Of a DNA stretch of 59,678 nucleotides, positions 1-8,523 are shown piece by piece (within the stretch, counting starts at the first letter, position 1; the number at the start of each line of letters is the position of its first letter). This DNA is from a virus. Taxonomy: Duplodnaviria > Caudoviricetes. The notes beneath the pieces are model-generated. The model saw only the letters and a program-made list of their open reading frames with translations. It was not told the DNA's origin and made no database searches. The translations under genes were made by a program, and so were the position numbers. The stretch is from positions 1-59,678 of the IMG/VR virus record IMGVR_UViG_3300037182_000030, one strand, 5' to 3'.

Positions 1-141
1 GCTGCACTGACGGGTTAGGACTTTTATGAGAACAACAATAATGATAGCTGCAATCCTTTTGGTCGGCGCTCATGGAGTGCCGGAAAGCAAAGTAAATATC
101 GGAACTGGAATAGCCATATTCGGACTGTTTTGGTCACTGGC
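1..141. repeat. Terminal direct repeat (copy of 59538-59678), indicating a circular or circularly permuted genome
   Basis: 1-141 matches 59538-59678 except at 117/59654 and 130/59667 (T vs G). Confidence 0.9.
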
Positions 142-178
142 TTGGGATTTAGTGGAAGCCTTCACTAAAAAGTCCTAA
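26..178 (+). CDS. Cassette 2 cargo: 50-aa two-TM membrane peptide (copy A)
   Basis: MRTTIMIAAILLVGAHGVPESKVNIGTGIAIFGLFWSLAWDLVEAFTKKS; two hydrophobic stretches; stop is the TAA of TAA|C. Confidence 0.75.
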   Translation: MRTTIMIAAILLVGAHGVPESKVNIGTGIAIFGLFWSLAWDLVEAFTKKS

Positions 179-264
179 CGTGGAATCCAGCGATGAGGCG
201 ACGATGGACAACCGAAAAACAAATGCAGCGACTACGCCTCATTCGCTGCGATGACTGGTTAGGA
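173..264 (-). repeat. attC: attC site (attI-proximal, #1)
   Basis: TCCTAAC...ATCCAGCGATGAGGCG / CGCCTCATtCGCTGcGAT...GTTAGGA hairpin with two extrahelical bases. Confidence 0.9.
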
Positions 265-269
265 CTTTT

Positions 270-422
270 ATGCGAACAACAATAATGATAGCTGCAATCC
301 TTTTGGTCGGCGCTCATGGAGTGCCGGAAAGCAAAGTAAATATCGGAACTGGAATAGCCACATTCGGACTATTCTGGTCACTGGCTTGGGACTTGATCGA
401 AGCCTTCACCAAAAAGTCCTAA
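270..422 (+). CDS. Cassette 1 cargo: 50-aa two-TM membrane peptide (copy B)
   Basis: Near-identical paralog of 26-178. Confidence 0.75.
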   Translation: MRTTIMIAAILLVGAHGVPESKVNIGTGIATFGLFWSLAWDLIEAFTKKS

Positions 423-458
423 CATGTATTCTACGCCGCCAAAGGCTGTATAACAGGA
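417..458 (-). other. attI: Putative attI site
   Basis: Last core site (minus strand GTTAGGA) has no attC hairpin and abuts the intI start codon; a second GTTATAC lies 31 nt away (448-454), like an attI direct repeat. Confidence 0.7.
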
Positions 459-1412
459 ATGAGATTTGAGGAGAAATTCAAGCGGGTTTGCCGGGCTGAC
501 CGCAAGCCGCTGACCACGGAACGGTCTTATTGGGCCGTGGCCAGAAGGTTTATTCTCTGGTCAGGCGCGCAGTCGGAAGGGGAATTGCGGCAGGATGCCA
601 CGGAGAATTTCCGCGAGTTTATTTCTGATGAGGCCAACCGGGATATTGCCGCCGCCACACAGGATCTGGCGTTCAATGCGCTGCGCTACATGTTCGAGAT
701 TGTCCTGGACATTCGCCTGGGCGACTTGAAAGGCATTGCCCGCGCGAAACGGCAGGAGGTGATGATTGATGTGCCGCCAATGGATGTGGCCAAGGCCATT
801 GTCAATTCCGTGCCGGGAATGCACGGGCTGATTTTACGCACGCAACTTGGATCGGCGTTGCGGATAAGCGATGCGTTGCGGATACGGGTGAAGGAACTGG
901 ATTTCCGCCGGAGAATGATTGCAATCCAGCGCAGCAAGGGCGGAAAATCGCGGCTGGTGCCCATGCCGGAAAGCCTGGTTCCAGAACTTGAGGCTTTGGT
1001 GCGGGAACGGACGCGGGTGCATGAGAACGATTTGCGTCAGGGCCTGGGCTGGGTGCATTTGCCGGGACAACTGGCGAAGAAATATCCCGGCCAGGACCAT
1101 TCGCTTGAGTGGCAGTTCATTTTCTTTTCAGACCGGATTTCCACCGATCCGCAGACGGGCAACATTGGGCGGTATCACCTGATGCCGGCGGTGGTGCAGC
1201 GGGCGATGGCGGATGCGCGCCGGAAATTGAAAATCACGAAGCATTACACGCCTCACTGTTTGCGTCATGCCACCGCTCAATTTTGGGAGCGGGAAGGAAT
1301 TGAGCATAGCAAGATTCAAGTTTTGCTGGGACACAGTGATTTGAAAACAACCCAACGGTATCTTCTATCTGGTCGTTCAGGTATTCCAAAAGGAATTCCA
1401 ACCCCGATATGA
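459..1412 (+). CDS. intI: Integron integrase (IntI-type tyrosine recombinase)
   Basis: Catalytic R (LRISD), K (SKGGKSR), HxxR (HCLRH), H (LGH), Y (TTQRY), plus the IntI-specific insertion HENDLRQGLGWVHLPGQLAKKYP...WQFIF...STDPQTG..GRYH. Confidence 0.95.
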   Translation: MRFEEKFKRVCRADRKPLTTERSYWAVARRFILWSGAQSEGELRQDATENFREFISDEANRDIAAATQDLAFNALRYMFEIVLDIRLGDLKGIARAKRQEVMIDVPPMDVAKAIVNSVPGMHGLILRTQLGSALRISDALRIRVKELDFRRRMIAIQRSKGGKSRLVPMPESLVPELEALVRERTRVHENDLRQGLGWVHLPGQLAKKYPGQDHSLEWQFIFFSDRISTDPQTGNIGRYHLMPAVVQRAMADARRKLKITKHYTPHCLRHATAQFWEREGIEHSKIQVLLGHSDLKTTQRYLLSGRSGIPKGIPTPI

Positions 1413-1774
1413 ACAAAATAATCGCCATCGCCATCCTGATTGGAATTTCAACCGCACACGGGATGCCTCGGATTGAGGCTCTATCTCAAATCGAATCCGG
1501 CGACAACGACTTGGCGCATGGCCATGCCGGAGAAATTTCCAGATTTCAACTGCTCAAAAGCGTTTGGCGCGCTCACACAGACCTGCCATATTCGGCGGCG
1601 ACGAACGGAATAACGGCAATGAAAGTCGCCATGAAAATAATTCAAGAACGAACGGACAATTTTATTGCCCAGCACGGAAGGGCGCCAACAGACGCCGAAT
1701 GGTATAAAATGTGGAACCCGCGATGTTCAAAAGCAACGGCGCAACGGTTTCAAAATCTCTGCCAGTCGCCATGA
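1409..1774 (+). CDS. Lysozyme-like / lytic transglycosylase protein with signal or anchor peptide
   Basis: Hydrophobic N-terminus; ALSQIESG catalytic Glu motif, GEISRFQL; ATGA overlap with the intI stop. Confidence 0.6.
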   Translation: MNKIIAIAILIGISTAHGMPRIEALSQIESGDNDLAHGHAGEISRFQLLKSVWRAHTDLPYSAATNGITAMKVAMKIIQERTDNFIAQHGRAPTDAEWYKMWNPRCSKATAQRFQNLCQSP

Positions 1775-2208
1775 GAAGCCCAATGGAGCGCAGCTTGAAG
1801 CTTTTCCGTGACGCCGGCTGGACTTGCGACAAAACGGAGCACTACAATTATTTCGGGAATGTTCGCGTTGACCTGTTTAATTTCTGCGACATCCTGGCGA
1901 TGCGACCCGGCGGCGGATTCGTTGCAATCCAAACCGGCGGACGCGGGGAAGTGCGCGGCCATATTCAAAAGATTCTAGCCGAGCCGCGCGCACTCACGTT
2001 TCTTCAGTCGCCGGGAAGAATCATCGTCCACGGCTGGGCAAAAATGGGGGCATTCGGCACAAAGAAAAAATGGGTTTGCAAGGGCATTGAAATCACCGAA
2101 CGGCACTTCAAAAAGTGTCAGAATCGCACACGACCTCCAAAACAGCCAATGTTTTCAATGCTAAAACAAATTGAGATTTCCCTTGCGTTAAACTCATTTA
2201 AGAGTTAA
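1771..2208 (+). CDS. PD-(D/E)XK-type nuclease (Holliday junction resolvase-like)
   Basis: E...L...GW...DLFNFCDILA...AIQ pattern. Confidence 0.5.
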   Translation: MRSPMERSLKLFRDAGWTCDKTEHYNYFGNVRVDLFNFCDILAMRPGGGFVAIQTGGRGEVRGHIQKILAEPRALTFLQSPGRIIVHGWAKMGAFGTKKKWVCKGIEITERHFKKCQNRTRPPKQPMFSMLKQIEISLALNSFKS

Positions 2209-2263
2209 TTTATTGGCAGGTAAAGAAACCACCGCCAAAGAGCGGGCAACCAAAGAAAAGAAT

Positions 2264-2470
2264 ATGAAGACCGAAAAGAAACTCGCAGTTTGGAGACCGT
2301 TGAAAGTTGGCCAGCATGTCCGCTCGACCACATACAAAAAAGGCGCGCACGGAACCGTCAAGGAACGTCTTGATGATTCGATTTCTGGACTTGGGCGATA
2401 CGGCGTGACCCTTGACAATGACCCGAACAACACGGCTGATTTTTGCCGCTACGAACTCCAAGCGATATGA
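2264..2470 (+). CDS. Hypothetical protein (SH3-like)
   Basis: ATG preceded by AAGAAAAGAAT motif; LKVGQHVR...GTV. Confidence 0.55.
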   Translation: MKTEKKLAVWRPLKVGQHVRSTTYKKGAHGTVKERLDDSISGLGRYGVTLDNDPNNTADFCRYELQAI

Positions 2471-2811
2471 GCGCCAACATCTACGCCACCCTGATTTTTG
2501 ACTTCCCCCGGGACAACTCCTTTCCGGGCTGCAACTTCGCAATTCTGGACACGGTTGAAAAACTGGACAGCCAGACAATCGAAGTCCGCGAAACCCGTTT
2601 CAAATTCGAGCCGCGCCGCGTCCGGTTCTATTTGGAAATCTGGACCGGACATTCAACGGCGGACAGCTTCGCAAATCCGATCACCGATGAAGATGAATTG
2701 AGCAGCCACATTGAAAATATGGTTATTGCGGCTGGACTGCCGGGATGCACAATTTTACCCGATTGCATCAATTCTGATTTTGAGCCAAAAAGTGAATTAC
2801 AACCGGCATGA
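2467..2811 (+). CDS. Hypothetical protein
   Basis: ATGA-coupled on both sides. Confidence 0.6.
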   Translation: MSANIYATLIFDFPRDNSFPGCNFAILDTVEKLDSQTIEVRETRFKFEPRRVRFYLEIWTGHSTADSFANPITDEDELSSHIENMVIAAGLPGCTILPDCINSDFEPKSELQPA

Positions 2812-3041
2812 CAACCCCACTCGAATTCAACGGCGCACGCGCAACCTTTTCAGCGATTCAAAATGAAATCGGAAGCGTGTTCAGCAACGGCCTATTTGTG
2901 CCGCGTGGTTCAAAGTTGAGCCTTTGCGCCTGGTGTTCAAAAGATTTGACCGAGCCGCTGGACAAAGCCGGTTACGTTGTAAGCCACACAATTTGCAGCG
3001 ATTGCCAAACAAAACTCAAAGCCGAAAATGACAAAAACTAA
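2808..3041 (+). CDS. Small zinc-finger protein
   Basis: CAWC...SHTICSDC. Confidence 0.6.
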   Translation: MTTPLEFNGARATFSAIQNEIGSVFSNGLFVPRGSKLSLCAWCSKDLTEPLDKAGYVVSHTICSDCQTKLKAENDKN

Positions 3042-3369
3042 AACCACAAAGCAACTGGCCGATGATATCCTTGCGCCGCTGATAAAACATTGCAGCACGC
3101 ATCAGGGAGCGCGTAAAGAAGTTGCCGAACTGTTCAACAAGGGGCTTTCCTCAAAAGTCAGAATCACGACGATCAACAAATGGATCCAGTCGGACGAAAA
3201 GAAACGCATCGAGCCGGCGGGCGGCAGCTTGCTACGACTCTTGGAGTGCTGGCGCGACATCAGACAACCAGACGTTGTGAATTGGCAGGATCAAACCATC
3301 GAGTGCGCGGCCAATGGTTGCGTCCCTTCGCGGACTGGAAACTGCCGCCGTTGCGGCAGAACTTTTTGA
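3028..3369 (+). CDS. Putative HTH regulator with C-terminal Cys cluster
   Basis: RKEVAELFN...VRITTINKW...EP helix-turn-helix-like; C..C...CRRC. Confidence 0.45.
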   Translation: MTKTKTTKQLADDILAPLIKHCSTHQGARKEVAELFNKGLSSKVRITTINKWIQSDEKKRIEPAGGSLLRLLECWRDIRQPDVVNWQDQTIECAANGCVPSRTGNCRRCGRTF

Positions 3370-3370
3370 A

Positions 3371-3513
3371 TTGACAAAATCCAGCCAATGATTACTTTTC
3401 AGACATGCGAAAGTCCGAACAAAATCACTCATGCTCCGTTGGGCAACCGCCCATGTCGCGCTTTCCGGCGCGGGACTTTCGCAGGGCGGGGCATGAGAAT
3501 TCAACCTGCGAAA
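3371..3513 (+). promoter_or_regulatory. Sigma70-like promoter plus structured leader
   Basis: TTGACA-16-TACTTT followed by nested inverted repeats. Confidence 0.55.
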
Positions 3514-4158
3514 ATGAAAAAGAGATCAAACCGATGGTATCAAGGGCATAAATGCGTCATTGTAAAAATCGGCCATTGGCGGGGTTATAACGCCATTCCA
3601 TCCGGCGGATATGATGTAAGCTGTGAATGTGGTTGGGACGGAGGAAACTTCAGCCGGAGAACGCCTGCAAGAGATTCATACCGCGCACACATTGCTAAAG
3701 CGTTAAGCGGCATCTTTTCGACGTGTAAAAGGTGCGGGCAGAGAAAGCCGGCCTGTGAAATGAGAAGCGATTACAAATTCATGTGCCTTTATTGTTTCTC
3801 AAAATTAGGAAACGAATGGTCCAAAAGAAATCCAGACCGGAGCACAGAGCACAAGAGAAAATACCAGTTAATGAAATTCTTCGGCATCACCATAGAGGAA
3901 GTCTATGCGATGCTTAAAGCCCAAAATCATAAATGCGCTATTTGTGGAGGTGAAATAAAATACTCAATAAAAAATCACCCCGGAACAAATGCAAAAGCGC
4001 CACATGTTGACCACAATCATATTACGGGATCGGTTCGCGGGTTATTGTGTTTCAAATGCAATGCAGGCCTCGGAAACTTCGGGGACAAAATTGAGACACT
4101 ATCGGCGGCAATCGCCTATCTAAAAAAACATTTTAGCACAAAAGCAGACTTATGTTAA
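3514..4158 (+). CDS. Recombination endonuclease VII-family protein
   Basis: GITIEE...M...Q...CAIC...HVDHNH.TG.VRGLLC..CN.GLG.F.D motif. Confidence 0.85.
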   Translation: MKKRSNRWYQGHKCVIVKIGHWRGYNAIPSGGYDVSCECGWDGGNFSRRTPARDSYRAHIAKALSGIFSTCKRCGQRKPACEMRSDYKFMCLYCFSKLGNEWSKRNPDRSTEHKRKYQLMKFFGITIEEVYAMLKAQNHKCAICGGEIKYSIKNHPGTNAKAPHVDHNHITGSVRGLLCFKCNAGLGNFGDKIETLSAAIAYLKKHFSTKADLC

Positions 4159-4616
4159 AAGCCATTACGTTATATGAGCCGTTCGCATCGCTAATTTCAA
4201 TAGGGGCGAAAATTAACGAAACGCGAGGCCAGCGGACAAATCACCGGGGGGACATTTGCATCCATGCAGCTTTGAAGGATTACGCAGTTTCGGAAGAAAT
4301 AATCCCAGCCACAATCAAGGCGTTTCGAGATCGCGGGATAATGCCGCAACTGGAATGGAAAGGCTGCATCTTGGCAGTGGTGGATTTGTGGGAGGTGAGG
4401 CCATCCGCAGATTTTATCACTTGTGAAAACGTGCGTCCGCAATTCGTAACGATTAGCGAAGAAGAAAAGAACTTCGGAAATTACAATCCGAACCGATGGA
4501 TTTACCGCACGCGCAATCTTCGCCGTCTGAAAACTCCAATTCCCTGCAAAGGCTTTCAATGCGTCGGCTGGACGGTCCCGCCAGAGATTGAAAAACTTGT
4601 GAGAGCGCAATTATGA
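4152..4616 (+). CDS. ASCH-domain protein
   Basis: KAITLYEPFASLI..G.K..ETR...T.HRG.I.IHA. Confidence 0.85.
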   Translation: MLKAITLYEPFASLISIGAKINETRGQRTNHRGDICIHAALKDYAVSEEIIPATIKAFRDRGIMPQLEWKGCILAVVDLWEVRPSADFITCENVRPQFVTISEEEKNFGNYNPNRWIYRTRNLRRLKTPIPCKGFQCVGWTVPPEIEKLVRAQL

Positions 4617-5026
4617 GCACAACACTTGATGCACAATTCTTAAAAGCGGTAGTTCTCTTGACGGGATTCAAGCCTGAAAAAATGCGTCGCTGTCAGGCCG
4701 CACTTTTGATGATTGGATTTGCCGGGAAGGATTACAGCGCGGCGGACATTCCAGCGGAGCTAACCGATGGAAGTCGCCACATTGCCGGAGCCGCGACGGG
4801 CGCACTTGTTTCAATCGGATTGTTGAACGTGATTCGACGCGAACAATCGCCAGACCCGAAAGCAAAAGGCCGCAAGTTGGATATTTTACGGCTGGCGGAC
4901 ATCGGAAAAGCAAAGGCATGGCTCCGGGCAAACGGATTCAAAGATGAAATTCCCAAAGCGATAAAACCAGCCGGACAAATGGATTTGTTATCGGAACCGG
5001 CACAGCCTATAATTCACCCGAAATGA
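4613..5026 (+). CDS. Hypothetical protein (winged-helix-like)
   Basis: Coupled ORF in operon. Confidence 0.55.
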   Translation: MSTTLDAQFLKAVVLLTGFKPEKMRRCQAALLMIGFAGKDYSAADIPAELTDGSRHIAGAATGALVSIGLLNVIRREQSPDPKAKGRKLDILRLADIGKAKAWLRANGFKDEIPKAIKPAGQMDLLSEPAQPIIHPK

Positions 5027-5313
5027 AACCGAAAACCATCCGCGTAACCTGTAAAGCCGCCGGGACATTGCCGCTTGAAAAACTTTCACCACTTCAGGGA
5101 GACTTAAAGGCACTGACCGAGGAGAATCATGCGCGCGGACGCCAGAAAAAACGCGGGCACGAACATTTCTGGACTGAAGGCGCGAAAATTGAAAACGCCG
5201 CAAGCATCGGCGACGATCCGTATTATACGCTGGCGCGGAAGACACGATTTTCGCCGGAACCGGAAGGCGATATGTTTGACACCATGCGCGCGAAAGGAGC
5301 GGTGACGGCATGA
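5023..5313 (+). CDS. Hypothetical protein; N-terminus resembles the start of ParB-like proteins (possible deletion remnant)
   Basis: IRVTC....LPL..L.PLQG.LK.L. Confidence 0.4.
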   Translation: MKPKTIRVTCKAAGTLPLEKLSPLQGDLKALTEENHARGRQKKRGHEHFWTEGAKIENAASIGDDPYYTLARKTRFSPEPEGDMFDTMRAKGAVTA

Positions 5314-5507
5314 AAGAGCTACTTGAACGAGCAGCCAAATCCGCACGCGCAACCGAATTTGATTTGCGCCAAGCGCACTCGGCGGCGATAGCGGAGAAAA
5401 ACCAATTCGCGGAAATCATTCTCTTGGTGATGATTTCAGACGCGGCACAATTAACCGCCAGATGCAACCGGGCATTGGAAGCCGCAAGCCAAAAGGAGTC
5501 CGCATGA
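5310..5507 (+). CDS. Hypothetical protein
   Basis: ATGA-coupled ORF. Confidence 0.55.
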   Translation: MKELLERAAKSARATEFDLRQAHSAAIAEKNQFAEIILLVMISDAAQLTARCNRALEAASQKESA

Positions 5508-5719
5508 AAGACACCATCAAACAAAAAATCACGGCGGCGCTGAATCAGCTTCAACAAGGCGATCCAGACGCGGCCATAAACGCCATTGACGAAATCTTGA
5601 ACTGGCAAGTATCGCCGGCACAGATTAAACTCATCCTCACCATCGAAAAACTCCGAGCCAAGATTCAGGATGCAATTGACTGGCTGCGGGCTTACTATTT
5701 AACCGCATGGCGATGGTGA
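5504..5719 (+). CDS. Hypothetical protein
   Basis: ATGA-coupled, GGAG upstream. Confidence 0.55.
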   Translation: MKDTIKQKITAALNQLQQGDPDAAINAIDEILNWQVSPAQIKLILTIEKLRAKIQDAIDWLRAYYLTAWRW

Positions 5720-5922
5720 ATTTATATCTTGTGCGCGACAACCCGGCAAACGCGGCCAGGCTTTTCCGTCGCGTCGGCCAGCCAAGCAACATGGCGGACA
5801 TCTGGATTCCACGGAGCGTCACAAAACGGATCACGAAGTTTCCGCCAACGGACAATCCAAAGGATTTGAGATTGACGCAATGTGACATCGAGGATTGGTG
5901 GGTGGACAAAAACCATTTGTGA
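5707..5922 (+). CDS. Hypothetical protein
   Basis: IWIPRS...IEDWW motif common in small phage proteins. Confidence 0.55.
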   Translation: MAMVNLYLVRDNPANAARLFRRVGQPSNMADIWIPRSVTKRITKFPPTDNPKDLRLTQCDIEDWWVDKNHL

Positions 5923-6075
5923 AAACATCAGTTTTAATTTACGCCGCGCTTTTCCTCCTGATAAACTTTGCAGGATCGCTCGTCTCATGGCGCAACCGGC
6001 ACGCGCCAAAAAACGACAACACAATCACACCAAGCGACCTCTGAAAGCCGCTCTCAACCAAACCTCACGCGAAAA

Positions 6076-6441
6076 ATGAACGCCACAACACCCCAAAACG
6101 GGCAAATCACAGGAAACCTGAAAACCATCGCCGAACTGCCAGATTCAACTTTGCAACTTGTCCGCGATCTTGTTGAAGGAAAAATAACCCATGACCCAGC
6201 CCGTCCAAAAATGACGCGAGTGCCGTCAGCCGAAAAACCGCCGCAGCCCGTCGAGCAAACTCCATTCGGATATTTCCACAAGCCGAACCACGACGGCAGG
6301 ACATTCAAGCACATCGTCAGCGGCGAAAAGCTCACCGTGAAATCCAGAAATGTTTATGGCCGGCTCATCGTCATTTTCGGGGACGGACATTTGGGAACGG
6401 TCGGAGACAGGGAATTGGAACTGGTTTATCTGGCCATCTGA
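6076..6441 (+). CDS. Hypothetical protein
   Basis: ORF directly upstream of the methyltransferase. Confidence 0.55.
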   Translation: MNATTPQNGQITGNLKTIAELPDSTLQLVRDLVEGKITHDPARPKMTRVPSAEKPPQPVEQTPFGYFHKPNHDGRTFKHIVSGEKLTVKSRNVYGRLIVIFGDGHLGTVGDRELELVYLAI

Positions 6442-7710
6442 ATGAAGTCTGAAATTAAAATCCTGCACGGCGACAATCGGGAAGTGATGAAAACTTTCGC
6501 GGACAATACGTTTCATGCCATCGTCACAGACCCGCCTTACGAACTTGGCTTTATGGGAAAGAAATGGGACAACAGCGGCATTGCCTACGATCCCAAAGTC
6601 TGGACGCAAGCATTGCGCATCTTGAAACCCGGCGGTTACCTGCTTTCATTTGGTGGTTCACGGACGTATCACCGGATGGCTTGCGCGATTGAAGATGCCG
6701 GGTTTGAAATCAGGGATATGATTGAATGGCTTTACGGCAGCGGCTTCCCAAAAAGTTTGGACGTGAGCAAGGCGATGGACAAGGCGGTTGGTGCGACTCG
6801 CAAGGTTGTCGGAAAAGCAACTCGTCATTCTGGTCAAAGCTACAAATGGGCGGATGAAATTCGTCACCCAACGCATAGCGAGGAGAAATCCGCCATCACC
6901 GCACCCTCAACTCCAAACGCTCAACTTTGGAGTGGTTACGGCACGGCGCTGAAACCGGCGCACGAACCAATTTGCGTTGCGCGGAAGCCGCTCATCGGGA
7001 CGGTGGTTGAAAACGTGCTGGCACACGGCGCGGGCGCAATCAACATTGATGCGTGCAGGATTGGAACGGAGAGGCGCACTTATGATTTGAAAGGTAATGC
7101 GCCGGGCAGCAAAACAATCAATCAATTATCCCGAAAAGATGGAAGCGATAATCCGAACGCCAAAGCCCTTGGCTCGTATGGAACAGGCTCAAAACAAATA
7201 AAAATCGGCGAGAAAACAACACAAGGCCGATTCCCTGCAAACCTGATTCTTGACGAAGTGGCCGCCGCGATGCTGGACGAACAAAGCGGTCAACTCACAA
7301 GCGGGAAACTTGGGGCCGTCACTACACCAAAACAAAATGCCGTGTTCGGAAAATTTGCAACCGCGAATGTAAATGATTTTGAAGCCAACACCGGCGGCGC
7401 ATCTCGTTTCTTCTACACAGCCAAAGCATCCGGCACAGACCGGGGCAACAACGTCAAAGGCGCGCTGCCATTATTCGGCGTTGCAGAGGAAGAATTTCGC
7501 AATACGCATCCAACGGTAAAGCCCGTCGCCCTGATGCTTTACCTTTTGAAACTTGTCTGCCCGATGGTGGAAGGAATCAAGCCGCACGTCCTCGATCCGT
7601 TTCTTGGCAGCGGCACAACGGCGATCGCCTGCAAGCAACTTGGAATTGACTGCACCGGAATCGAGTTGGAAGCGGAACACATCGCCATCGCCAACGAACG
7701 TCTAATATGA
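6442..7710 (+). CDS. DNA N4/N6 methyltransferase (beta class)
   Basis: IVTDPPY; HPTVKP; VLDPFLGSGTT. Confidence 0.92.
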   Translation: MKSEIKILHGDNREVMKTFADNTFHAIVTDPPYELGFMGKKWDNSGIAYDPKVWTQALRILKPGGYLLSFGGSRTYHRMACAIEDAGFEIRDMIEWLYGSGFPKSLDVSKAMDKAVGATRKVVGKATRHSGQSYKWADEIRHPTHSEEKSAITAPSTPNAQLWSGYGTALKPAHEPICVARKPLIGTVVENVLAHGAGAINIDACRIGTERRTYDLKGNAPGSKTINQLSRKDGSDNPNAKALGSYGTGSKQIKIGEKTTQGRFPANLILDEVAAAMLDEQSGQLTSGKLGAVTTPKQNAVFGKFATANVNDFEANTGGASRFFYTAKASGTDRGNNVKGALPLFGVAEEEFRNTHPTVKPVALMLYLLKLVCPMVEGIKPHVLDPFLGSGTTAIACKQLGIDCTGIELEAEHIAIANERLI

Positions 7711-7925
7711 AAACGATGAAAAGCAGCAGCCGGGCACGCGGCTCAAACCGGGGAGGATGCGGCGGCGGTTATGAAGCGACAGATCCAGATTTCGACACAA
7801 AGAAATTGGCCAAACTGAAAGCCGACTACGCCACTTGCCCGGAACAATGGCGCGCAACATTCCTTGGAGGATTGAGCCGGTTTGAAGCAAAGGTCGTCAC
7901 CGGACAGATAAACCCAGGCCAGTAA
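7707..7925 (+). CDS. Hypothetical protein
   Basis: ATGA-coupled ORF. Confidence 0.5.
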   Translation: MKTMKSSSRARGSNRGGCGGGYEATDPDFDTKKLAKLKADYATCPEQWRATFLGGLSRFEAKVVTGQINPGQ

Positions 7926-7968
7926 ACCCTTGACAAATACAGCTTGTCAGCAGCATTGTAATTCCAGA

Positions 7969-8523
7969 ATGAAGAAGAAACGCAAGCCGCCAGTCAAGCT
8001 TCCCCCGCCTGCACCGAAAGGAAACCAGCGGGCCAAAGGCAACAAGGGCGGCGGCAGAAAAAGCCTTTTCCGAAAGCACATGATCGGGCCGGCAAAGATG
8101 CTTGCAAAACTTGGAGCGACAAACGCAGAAATGGCAGAAGCATTTGGGGTTACATCAAACGCAGTCAGGGGATGGCGTGAAAACAATCCTGTGTTTTCTG
8201 CCACCATAAAAGACGGAAAGGACGAATCAGATAACAGGGTTGTGGAATCTCTTTTCAAACGCGCCACCGGCTACAGTCATCCAGACGTTCACATTTCAAC
8301 TTACGAGGGGAAACCAATCGTCACCAAAATCACGAAGCACTATCCACCGGACGCGACAAGCTGCATTTTCTGGTTGAAGAATCGCCGTTCAAACGAATGG
8401 AAGGACCGGAGCGAAAACATTCTCCAAAATCCAGACGGGACGGCGCTTGAGCCAATCACTGTCAAAGTCATCGGCGGCACAATCCCAAAAGCGAAAACTT
8501 CCAATGAAGAAAGCCAAGCCTGA
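7969..8523 (+). CDS. terS: Terminase small subunit
   Basis: APKGNQRA.GN.GGGR, HTH (GAT..E.A..FGV), V.ESLFKRATGY, HYPPD..S.IFWLKNR; lies upstream of TerL. Confidence 0.85.
   Translation: MKKKRKPPVKLPPPAPKGNQRAKGNKGGGRKSLFRKHMIGPAKMLAKLGATNAEMAEAFGVTSNAVRGWRENNPVFSATIKDGKDESDNRVVESLFKRATGYSHPDVHISTYEGKPIVTKITKHYPPDATSCIFWLKNRRSNEWKDRSENILQNPDGTALEPITVKVIGGTIPKAKTSNEESQA

Noticed and set aside
1-423. CRISPR-like or simple tandem repeat
   Set aside because: The 244-nt unit is an attC plus an ORF; there are no short identical repeats with spacers and no cas genes.
446-456. LexA box upstream of intI (CTGT-ATA-ACAG)
   Set aside because: The spacer is 3 nt rather than the 8 nt of the CTGT-N8-ACAG box; better explained as part of attI.
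459-1412. Ordinary prophage integrase or XerC/D
   Set aside because: It contains the IntI-specific insertion and abuts an attC array.
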